This document shows, piece after piece, positions 19,801 to 26,959 of a stretch of DNA of 64,000 nt. Both the position numbers and the translations under genes were made by a program. Below the pieces are notes generated by a model. It did no database searches. It was not told the DNA's origin and saw nothing but the letters and a program-made list of their open reading frames with translations. Every line of letters starts with the position of its first letter. The first letter of the stretch is position 1. Origin of the DNA: an uncultured Lentisphaerota bacterium (GTDB taxonomy: Bacteria > Verrucomicrobiota > Kiritimatiellia > RFP12 > UBA1067); assembly GCA_900321255.1 (NCBI GenBank), contig ONVK01000005.1, forward strand, positions 41 to 64,040, given 5' to 3'.

Positions 19801-22800
19801 CGCCGTACTTTCCGCTCTCAGCATTGTCGCCGTGGATGTGCACGGGGTCACACCCGTTAGCGGAGACGATCGTCGTATTGTTAAAAAAGTTGTGCGCCAG
19901 GAACTGGACGAGGTACTTCTTCCCGCCTGCGAGATTCGAGAGCGTCAGCGTGACCGTGTGCGTGCCCGCACCGTCGCTGTCCCAGTACCAGCCGTTGCCG
20001 AGGGTGAGACCGAAGTTGCCGCCGACGCCTTCGTTCAAGAAGTCGCCGGTGAAGCCGTCAATGTTGGGCGTGAAGGAAATCTTCGGAGGATTATCCGAGG
20101 ACTGGAGGTTTATCGACCGCTCGAACGGGATGCCATTGATGGTCCCGCCGTTGCACACGTAGCCGTATACGAAGGTGCCCTCAGTGCTGAAGGAGTTTCC
20201 GGACGCGTCCATCAGTGTCGAAGTCCAGACGTCGGAGACGGCGGACGTGTTGACGTAGAAGACGACCGACTTCGTCTTCGTCCGGCCCTTGTCCGTCGTC
20301 ATCGTCACCTCGCAAGTGTGGTTGCCGTCCGCAAGGCCTTCAAGCGTGAACGAGCTGTCCGTCGTCTGGTCGGTTAGCGCCGTCGCGGCGGAGGATGCTC
20401 CGTCGAGCTTGTAGGTGACGGAATACTTTGTCGCTGGAACAGAATTGGCGTCCGTGCCCAAGACCACGCCAGCGAGCGAAATCGTCGCATTCGATCCGCT
20501 CGGCGCCGCGGTGAGCTCCGTGATGCGCGGATACTTCGGACGGTTGTTCATCGCGCGGTTCTGCGCGAACAGCCAAACGAACCGGTGGTTCGGCGCGCCC
20601 GCCGTGACGTCGTCCGTCCTTGAATAGCATGTCGTCCAGGCGTCGTGGCTGTTGTTCTCAAGCTTCTCGAAGATGACGTCCGACCCGAGCGCCCTGAGTG
20701 CCGTGACGATGCCCTCGGTCTGCTCGACGGGAATGGTCGGGTCGCCTCGGTTGTGGACGGCCAAGACAGGGACGTGCGCGATGTCGGCCGCACAGGCGGG
20801 ATCGCCGCCGCCGCAACACGGCATCGCCGCGGCGAAGAAGTCGGGACGGCGGCAGATCGCGTCCCATGTGCCATGCCCGCCCATGGAGAGCCCGGTGACG
20901 TAGATGCGGTTGGCGTCGACATCCGCCATCGCGGCGTAGGAGTCGAGAAGGTCGAACACCGCCTGGAGCGCCGAAGACGGCTTGTCCTGGAACGTGCACG
21001 TTGTCGAATTCATGGAGAACTCCGCCCACTTGACGTCGTTAGGACACTGCGGAACGAGAAGCCTGTAGCCGCTGGAAACGCCCGCACCGTCGAGATAGCT
21101 CTTGATGTTCGTCATCTCGTTGATCGTGAACGAATTGTCGACGCCGCACTGACCGTATCCGTGAAGGAACACGACGACGGGAACCTTGCCGCCGTTCGGA
21201 TCGGCCTTCGCCGCGACGCGGTAGGGGAGGTGAAGCTTGTTGGACGCGATGAATGTCTTCTTGACGAATTCGCCCGTCAGTTCTTCGCCGCCGCCACTTT
21301 CTCCGCCACCGGTCTCGCCACCACCACTTTCGCCGCCGCCACTTTCACCGCCGCCAGTCTCTCCGCCACCGCCTTCTCCTCCGCCCTCTCCGAGTTCGCG
21401 TAGCTGGATGGCCTTGACCTCGAACTTGCTGCTCGATCCGGAGAAGTTGACGACGACATTCTCCGTGGTGCCGGATGCCTCGAACACACGGGTGATAACG
21501 GCGCCGTACTTGTAGTCGTTGCTGTCGTTTGCGGTGACTGGGGCGATGTCGCCCGCAGAAACAGTTATGCCGCTGCTGTTGTGGTAGTGGCTCGCCACGA
21601 TCTGGACGAGATACTTGCGTCCGGACGTAAGCCCCTTGAGCTTGAATGTGACGTCCGTAGACGTTCCGGACATGTTCCACCACCAGAAGGCGTTGATGAT
21701 GTTGTTGTTGACGCCGAGGCCCCAGCCATCGCCGCCGGCCTTCGCAGGAGTTGTCTCGAGCGACGCATTCGAAGGATCGGAGCTCGACGCGAACGTCACC
21801 CCGCCGGCCGTGTCGCCGCCCTTCGCGATCGCGAAGACCTGCGTGCCGTCGCCGCGTATCGCGGAGCCGTCAGCTGTCATCGGCGCGACCTTCCAGCCGA
21901 CCGCGTCCGCCTGGGAATCCACCAGGAACTTTACGCGCTTCGGCGCGGAGACCATGCCATCGCCGGTCTTCACCATCACCGCGCAAGAGTGCCAGCCGTC
22001 GGCGAGATCCGCAAGCGAGAACGACGCCGTCGCGCCCGTCTGCGCCGTAAGCACCGTCGCCTCGGCGGCCGTGTCGAGCTTGGCGAGAACGGAGTAGGAC
22101 GACGCGGCGACACCGTTCGCGTCCGTGCCTTTCGTCACGCCGGAAATCGAGATCGTCGCCGACGTGCCGCTAACCTGCGCGGCAACGTCGCCAAGTGCGG
22201 GAAGCGTCACCGAAGAGGCGCCGGCCGCAGCCATGGCGGCGGAGATCGCAGGCGCCATGATCTCGCGGTAGCCCTTGGCCGAAAGGTGCAGGAACATGTC
22301 GGGATAGTCGCCGTCCTTCTCGAGGTACATCTCGCCCTTGAAGGTTCCGTCGGCGTTGAGGAACTGGCTGCGGACGTCGACGAGGATCACACGCTGTCCG
22401 TCCGCGTATGTCTTGATGATTTCGTTCGCCGTCTCGTTGTTGGCATACTGCGCCATGCCGGTCGCGTTATGCTGCGCGTTCGTGTAGCCGTAGGGGAGGA
22501 TCGGCATCAGGAGGACCTTCGACTCGGGATGCTTCGCGAGAACGAGATCCAGAACAGCCTTCACGCCCGCGGCGATGTCCGCGGGATCGTCCTTCGCCGG
22601 CTCGCGCTGGATGGTGTTGTTCGTGCCGATCAGGAGGTTGAAGAACTTCGTCGTGTAGCCGTCGAGGCATCCGCCCTCGAGACGCCACAGGAGGTTCTCG
22701 GTGAAATCGCCCGTGCGCCCGAGGTTGAACACCTTCGAGCCCAGTCCGTTCATGGAATCAGGATCGCTCGAGGACCACTTCTGCGTGATGGAGTCGCCGA

Positions 22801-23686
22801 GAAGGACGATATCGTAGCTCTTGCCGCCGATTGCGGACAAGTCGAACAGGTACTTCTCCCAGAAGAAGTTCTCCATCACCGCCTTGGACGACGGATAGGT
22901 TGCCGTCACCATATTCGCGGGACGCGCCGTCGCCACGAAGTCGGCGGGCATCGCGGCGCCGCTCGAAGCGGCGTCGACGTAGGGCGCGACCGCCTGCGCC
23001 CAGACTTCGTAACCGGACGCGTTAAGGGTGGCGTGATCGGCGTTGAAGAGCGAGGTCTTAAGCGTGTGGTGGTCCGACTCGAGGAAAAGGTCAGACATGT
23101 CGACCCACGTGCAGCCGTTCGCCTGGGCGTAGCGGCGGATTTCGTTGTTGACGAGGTCGTTGCGCGGACGCACGGGGTCGGACTCGTCGAGCCCGCGCGG
23201 CAGAATCGCCTGGACGACGATCTTGGCGGAGCTGTAGTTGGCCGCGAGGTAGTCGATTATGTCGCGGACCGCGCGGATGGTCTTGCCTGGCCCCTCCTCG
23301 GCCTTTGTGTAGATCGCGGAATTGTTGCCGCCGACCATGAGGAAGATCGCCTTGGGGCTTCCGATCTCGCCGTTCTGAATGCGCCAGAGGACGTTCTCGG
23401 TGCAGTCGCCGTCGAAGCCGAGGTTGAACATCGCCTTGTCGCCGGTGAAGTGCGACGCAAGCGCGGCCGCGCCTGTCGTCTCCCAGTCCTGCGTAAGTTC
23501 GTCACCGATGAAGACGATGTCCTTCTTTACGGAACTGTCCGCGAGCGCCGCGACCTTCTCGGCATGGCGTGCCGCCCACCAGTCGTCGACGCGAGAGACA
23601 GGCGTGTTCGCGCGGAAAGCCGCAAAGACATTCGACGCGACAAATGCGAGGCAAGAAGCAACGAGGAATTTAAGTGTTTTTGTCAT
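16616..23686 (-). CDS. Giant secreted mosaic protein A (2356 aa): 2x SGNH/PAF-AH-like esterase, 3 Ig-like modules, 4 malectin-like CBM modules, alpha/beta-hydrolase esterase, phytase-like beta-propeller, shared C-terminal domain
   Basis: Signal peptide MTKTLKFLVASCLAFVASNVFA; start 23686 chosen. SGNH domain 1 has GDELT (Ser replaced by Glu). SGNH domain 2 has an intact GDSIT...GTNN...HLSAKGY. The esterase has LHGYGQCG...GLSMGGHG. The phytase-like region has NSEGLARD...ISDEW...LESLTISPDG...LLALERE...YEGIALGP...LVSDGG. The protein ends GFYQIVVE. Confidence 0.85.
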   Translation of the reverse strand: MTKTLKFLVASCLAFVASNVFAAFRANTPVSRVDDWWAARHAEKVAALADSSVKKDIVFIGDELTQDWETTGAAALASHFTGDKAMFNLGFDGDCTENVLWRIQNGEIGSPKAIFLMVGGNNSAIYTKAEEGPGKTIRAVRDIIDYLAANYSSAKIVVQAILPRGLDESDPVRPRNDLVNNEIRRYAQANGCTWVDMSDLFLESDHHTLKTSLFNADHATLNASGYEVWAQAVAPYVDAASSGAAMPADFVATARPANMVTATYPSSKAVMENFFWEKYLFDLSAIGGKSYDIVLLGDSITQKWSSSDPDSMNGLGSKVFNLGRTGDFTENLLWRLEGGCLDGYTTKFFNLLIGTNNTIQREPAKDDPADIAAGVKAVLDLVLAKHPESKVLLMPILPYGYTNAQHNATGMAQYANNETANEIIKTYADGQRVILVDVRSQFLNADGTFKGEMYLEKDGDYPDMFLHLSAKGYREIMAPAISAAMAAAGASSVTLPALGDVAAQVSGTSATISISGVTKGTDANGVAASSYSVLAKLDTAAEATVLTAQTGATASFSLADLADGWHSCAVMVKTGDGMVSAPKRVKFLVDSQADAVGWKVAPMTADGSAIRGDGTQVFAIAKGGDTAGGVTFASSSDPSNASLETTPAKAGGDGWGLGVNNNIINAFWWWNMSGTSTDVTFKLKGLTSGRKYLVQIVASHYHNSSGITVSAGDIAPVTANDSNDYKYGAVITRVFEASGTTENVVVNFSGSSSKFEVKAIQLRELGEGGGEGGGGETGGGESGGGESGGGETGGGESGGGEELTGEFVKKTFIASNKLHLPYRVAAKADPNGGKVPVVVFLHGYGQCGVDNSFTINEMTNIKSYLDGAGVSSGYRLLVPQCPNDVKWAEFSMNSTTCTFQDKPSSALQAVFDLLDSYAAMADVDANRIYVTGLSMGGHGTWDAICRRPDFFAAAMPCCGGGDPACAADIAHVPVLAVHNRGDPTIPVEQTEGIVTALRALGSDVIFEKLENNSHDAWTTCYSRTDDVTAGAPNHRFVWLFAQNRAMNNRPKYPRITELTAAPSGSNATISLAGVVLGTDANSVPATKYSVTYKLDGASSAATALTDQTTDSSFTLEGLADGNHTCEVTMTTDKGRTKTKSVVFYVNTSAVSDVWTSTLMDASGNSFSTEGTFVYGYVCNGGTINGIPFERSINLQSSDNPPKISFTPNIDGFTGDFLNEGVGGNFGLTLGNGWYWDSDGAGTHTVTLTLSNLAGGKKYLVQFLAHNFFNNTTIVSANGCDPVHIHGDNAESGKYGALVTGVFTAVGATKDVTITYQGGSGKMPFNAVQVREISDGESGGGGEGGATVVEPSIGSVSATPNGSSVSLFLSGIVMGTDDAGTNATSYSVSYALNGGTPVAALSNQTGATATFSIENLADGEYTCGVTITTDKNKTSAAKSVSFTIATSSGGGGGGSGGDPVETGWTGAAATANGSFFSTDGTLLYAYAVSSVTVNGIEFAADADLETAGTSISPAFNATDGNSGSEGASGDFGKMLANTWVWSQNQNSATLTLKGLTAGNRYLVQILAHHNWSPGVNISIGGKGPVGLQGDDAKYGAIFTGVFEAAGATANVEIAFSGSGGRRVLNAIQVRNLGEGGGGGDDPVDPDPVTLVCELTIPAMTGLDLDSVTTNGVAVAAVAGSYTIVSNTQVTVNFAAAEGYEIVSGNPVVFTLAGNKTFVAADYPIVQQTSGGGSGGGDDPVPMVDWTVATLPASDETMLRTEGMLLYAYRGASTDRTLGDVTFQAGADLSSANISFSPAFVNAGADAGSSSLLGTAWNFGVDTGMGEIHLTLSGLTAGHAYLLQILARNSYGNAYITIGDLPSVSIQNGNGSSGATVYGSFTAEAASHVVTFKMGGSGAGRFVAAVQVRDLGESSGGGGSGGGETVEPIVPGPDTTNTLHLAKIAEYPFGANGCGGITYSGEGGLFYVLQDHDDNDGYAKIYPLTIGINSATGAIESQTLGAAVTPAGCRNSEGLARDPLSGALWISDEWEPPSIAEFALDGTATGRTAPVPAVQREHLRSNLSLESLTISPDGLTMWTANEQALTCDGESSSGNTTVSTVVRLTRFTRTTAQDGWTAAGEWAYACDPCADTISAQSGLSGLCALPDGSLLALEREVSTATWGRCRIYRITTGALAAATEVSGVSALTNAQFTAVEKGSPLIDFHGTDKDNMIVYEGIALGPQLSDGSYGVYLVSDGGATTTKTVLGFTVTATTVSRICALKLTGLGGSGSATEPDAPVIGGEGVEVPFAVSSDKVSITIGNAAAGHRYGYRKSVTLAGLKDAPVVYFENPASADGVLTLEIPKAENEPSGFYQIVVE
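17954..19305 (-). repeat. Dispersed cassette block in gene A: CBM 'X' - bridge - CBM 'Y' (read 5'->3' on the minus strand)
   Basis: Nucleotide-level similarity to 36160-37495 and, for the Y part, to 41733-42237. The same antisense shadow ORFs recur (e.g. ...RYAWPAVNPE.V.WISPMPVSTPKF.AVPRSELLPA...). Confidence 0.8.
21284..21388 (-). repeat. Seven tandem 15-bp units encoding a (G/S/T)GGGE linker
   Basis: The units are ttcgccgccgccact / ttctccgccaccggt / ctcgccaccaccact / ttcgccgccgccact / ttcaccgccgccagt / ctctccgccaccgcc / ttctcctccgccctc. They encode GEGGGEGGGGETGGGESGGGESGGGETGGGESGGGE. Confidence 0.9.
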
Positions 23687-23717
23687 GGCAGAAATCTCAG
23701 TTTGATTTTCTGCCTGT

Positions 23718-23762
23718 ATTGTACCTATTCTATCGTCCAAGCTCAATTACCCAGCTGGGTAT
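23718..23762 (-). promoter_or_regulatory. Operator + promoter of giant gene A
   Basis: The minus strand reads TATACCCAGCTGGGTAA-TTGAGC-17 nt-TACAAT. TACCCAGCTGGGTA (23748-23761) is a perfect 14-bp palindrome. Confidence 0.65.
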
Positions 23763-23788
23763 AAGGATCGAGCGACGTTGCGAGCTTG

Positions 23789-26700
23789 TCATTCGCCGAA
23801 GCGGATGCGGTAGGCGAATGACTTTGCGTCGCATTCGACCTTGAGCGTGTTTCCGGACTGGCTCCACACGGGCGTCTTGGCCCCGTCCTGCGAATCCACC
23901 GCATCGACGCCAGCAACAGCGCGCCCTGCAGCGCCAAAAACGGCAAGGTCGATCTCGACCGAGAAAGCTCTGGAATACGGCAGCGGAACAATCGTCCAGT
24001 CTGCGAAGCGCAGCGCTCCGTCGGTCGCAACTCCGCCAAAAGACACGGCGCGCCCCGCAGGCGGCTTGCGAGCGTCAACGAAGAGCCCGTTTGCCGACTT
24101 TGCGAAGGCGAAGCGAAGGCCGTCCTTCTCCACGATACCGCTCTCCGTGCCACGCGTATGCGCGTAGTAGCCGTAGGGCGGCAGCACCTTGCCGTTCGGA
24201 AGCCGCCACGTCTCGTTCGTCTGGCGGTTCACCCAAACTTCGCCACCGTTCGAGAAAAACGCATGCTGGCGGTGGATGCTGCCTTCGTACTTCAAGTCGA
24301 GGAACTCGGCGCGTCCGAGTTCGGCGCAGGCATCGTGCTGGAGCCAATACGTCTTTACCGCATTCCGCGAAAACGGCCCGTCGCACATCGGATTGCGTCC
24401 GCCGAGAATGGCGTTGGAAAGATAGTCGTCTGAAGCATAGCCGTGGAGTTCGGCGTCGCCGCCAGTGTGCCAGCCGTCCTCCTCCTGATAGCGATTCCCG
24501 AGCCCACCCGCGAACAGGACGTAGTAGCCGTGCGTCACTATGTCGTGCCACGGCGTGCGCTCGCTGTCGGCGAAGTTCCCGCTCCCAATCACCTTCGCAG
24601 CGCCGAAGTGGTCGCTCTGCCCGGCGTCCGCGACGCCCACGAGATGATCCTGCCCGGCCTCGCTGACGCATACAGTATCTGGGCGTCCGAAGCCCATGCG
24701 ATAAGTCTGGAAACCACGACCCCAGTTCGCCGAGACCTCGTTCTTCGTATGGAACCGGCCCTCGCGGTCCAAGTAGTCGAACGGGCCATGCGCCGTAAAG
24801 ACATCGATGAAAACCGCCTCTGGGTCGTAGCCCTGCTTCAGCAGCCTGGCGTTCCTAAAGCACCATGGAAAGAACGCGTGCGGCGCAAATCGGTAGGCGC
24901 GCGCGTGGCGGCCGGGATTGAACCAAGTCTGCTCAGGGGTGCCATCGAGCTTGAACGCCACGAGGTCATAGGAAAATCCATCACAGTCTGGATAGATGTC
25001 TGCGTAGTTGTCATGCGGGCAGAAGAGAATTCCGGCATCGCGGCAAGCTTTGCGCATCGCGCCAAACGCCGCGGCGTCTCCACGTGGCGGATAGATGTCT
25101 GGGAAACGGTAGTCGTATCCCCAGCGCTGCCAGTCGTGCTTTACGAAAATCGCGTCGTTGAGGCCGTACTTCGCCGCAAGCGCAATGTCCGCCGCCGCTT
25201 TTTCGTAGTCACCACCCCACTGGTCGAGGCACATCCTCGAACCGAGCGCGGCATGACCCGGGCTTGCCTTGTATCCTGACACGGCGCGGAACCGGCGCGC
25301 CGCCTCGAACGAACCCTTCGACGAGGGGACGAACGTGAACGTCGCGTCGTGGTGTGCGTGGAGCGAGAAAATGTTCCGAGAGCCGTCGCAGTCCACCGAA
25401 TCAGGCACAACGTCCACGGCATGCACCACGGAAAGCCCGTTTAAGTAGTCTGTACCTACATGGCGCGTGGAGAGCAGGAATCCGCTGGCGCGGGCCGAAA
25501 ACCTCTTCGGTCCCTCGATTACGTTGCCGAAGCCAAAGTAGACGCGGTGCGGAGTGACGCTCGCAGGCCCCACGGCAAGATCGACGATGCGGGGAAAGCC
25601 GCCTGCGCCACGCTTCGCGCCGGGAATGGACCAGGAAACGCGCAGAGTGCCCTTCTCCTCGCGGATCGACGCAATTGGCTCGGGCGCAGGGGAGCCGTCG
25701 TCCGTCTCGACGCGCGCGGCAAACCCGCGGAACACGACAGACTTATCGCCGTCCGTGAACGCAAGCGCGCCATCCACAAGCCCGCGCTCGCCATAAGCGA
25801 TTCCAGCTCCGTACACAATGCCGCCGGCATCGAGGCGCCAGCGTCCGGCCGCAGGATCAGTCCCAGACGTGCGCGCCGTCTTTGCCGCCGCAAGCGCCAG
25901 CGCGCAGCGCGCAGCCCAGTCGGCTTCACCGGGAGTCCTTGGCTGCGGACCGATTAGCAGCTTCACGTCGCCCCAGCCACCGCTGTCGTAGCTTGTGTCC
26001 ATCTTGGGGCCTGGCCCCGTCCAAAGGCGAAGCGTGACTTTCTTCCCGGCCCACGGGGCGAGATCGCCCGACATGTCGCGCCATAAATCCACGTCATTCA
26101 CAACCTGCGAGCAGACGACCTTCGGTTCTGCACCTTCTTCCAGAACGAGAACCTTGTACTCCACGCCGTCTGACGACGACTTGCCGCGGTAGGGGTCCAG
26201 AAAATTCGAGCAGGAAAACGCTAGTGGCGTCACGCCAGGCAGATCGAGGGAAAAGTCACTCCAGATGAACCCTGCCCCCTTCTTGTATGGCGGATGGCTT
26301 TTGAAACCGTTCTTCGCGATGCCGTCTGCCGACATACGGTCCTTCGACATCAAGGCGCCCCATTCGTCAGTCGATCCCGACTCCGGCACCTCGACGACCT
26401 CCCCTCCGACCTCAAGTGCAGTCGTACGCGCGAAACCGTAGTCGAGGCGGAACACGCCGGGGCTAAGTCTGGACGGAGCGATCTTCGGCACGCGGCGCGG
26501 AGCATCTGGATTCTTGAACATGAACACCGCGACCGGGTGCGGCGCATCGTCTTTCTTTGCGCCGGCAGGCGTAAACCGCGCATGAACAGGATAGAGGGCG
26601 TCGAGCGCACGCGGACGCGCAGCGCCAGTAAACGACAGCCCTTTCTTCTCTCCTGGCGCAAGCGAGATGGTCCCCTTTGGCCCCGTCACATCCCAGTCGT

Positions 26701-26959
26701 CGTTCATCCACACTTCTAGCTCTCCGGAGACCGGCTTGCCTGTTTTGTTTTCAAGCGTCACGGGAAACAAACGAGGAGCGCCGGCATGAACCTCGGTGAC
26801 GCCCAAAGGCCAGAGGAACTTGTTCTTGCCGGAACGGTCTATCTTCTGCGGGAAAGACCCTATCTCGACCTTCACGCCGCAACGCTCATCCACCGGCGGC
26901 AGGTATGCAGCCGCCGTTAGCACAGTCGCTGCGACGAAGAGCGAAAGCAGAAATTTCAT
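23789..26959 (-). CDS. Large secreted hypothetical protein, possible glycoside hydrolase (family not recognised)
   Basis: Signal peptide MKFLLSLFVAATVLTAAA. The start at 26959 makes an ATGA overlap with the upstream stop. A central region rich in W/D/Y (FVKHDWQRWGYDY...CPHDNYADIYPD) is suggestive of a sugar-processing barrel only. Confidence 0.5.
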   Translation of the reverse strand: MKFLLSLFVAATVLTAAAYLPPVDERCGVKVEIGSFPQKIDRSGKNKFLWPLGVTEVHAGAPRLFPVTLENKTGKPVSGELEVWMNDDWDVTGPKGTISLAPGEKKGLSFTGAARPRALDALYPVHARFTPAGAKKDDAPHPVAVFMFKNPDAPRRVPKIAPSRLSPGVFRLDYGFARTTALEVGGEVVEVPESGSTDEWGALMSKDRMSADGIAKNGFKSHPPYKKGAGFIWSDFSLDLPGVTPLAFSCSNFLDPYRGKSSSDGVEYKVLVLEEGAEPKVVCSQVVNDVDLWRDMSGDLAPWAGKKVTLRLWTGPGPKMDTSYDSGGWGDVKLLIGPQPRTPGEADWAARCALALAAAKTARTSGTDPAAGRWRLDAGGIVYGAGIAYGERGLVDGALAFTDGDKSVVFRGFAARVETDDGSPAPEPIASIREEKGTLRVSWSIPGAKRGAGGFPRIVDLAVGPASVTPHRVYFGFGNVIEGPKRFSARASGFLLSTRHVGTDYLNGLSVVHAVDVVPDSVDCDGSRNIFSLHAHHDATFTFVPSSKGSFEAARRFRAVSGYKASPGHAALGSRMCLDQWGGDYEKAAADIALAAKYGLNDAIFVKHDWQRWGYDYRFPDIYPPRGDAAAFGAMRKACRDAGILFCPHDNYADIYPDCDGFSYDLVAFKLDGTPEQTWFNPGRHARAYRFAPHAFFPWCFRNARLLKQGYDPEAVFIDVFTAHGPFDYLDREGRFHTKNEVSANWGRGFQTYRMGFGRPDTVCVSEAGQDHLVGVADAGQSDHFGAAKVIGSGNFADSERTPWHDIVTHGYYVLFAGGLGNRYQEEDGWHTGGDAELHGYASDDYLSNAILGGRNPMCDGPFSRNAVKTYWLQHDACAELGRAEFLDLKYEGSIHRQHAFFSNGGEVWVNRQTNETWRLPNGKVLPPYGYYAHTRGTESGIVEKDGLRFAFAKSANGLFVDARKPPAGRAVSFGGVATDGALRFADWTIVPLPYSRAFSVEIDLAVFGAAGRAVAGVDAVDSQDGAKTPVWSQSGNTLKVECDAKSFAYRIRFGE

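Noticed and set aside
21284-21388. Whether the short regular repeats (Gly-linker arrays) form a CRISPR-like array.
   Set aside because: The units are contiguous 15-mers with no spacers. They lie in frame inside a coding sequence and no cas genes are present.
23687-23714. The hairpin GGCAGAAA-N12-TTTCTGCC directly upstream of the giant gene A start codon, as a translational control element.
   Set aside because: The predicted transcription start falls inside the 5' arm, so the hairpin may not exist in the mRNA. It is not conserved at the other five operator-controlled promoters.
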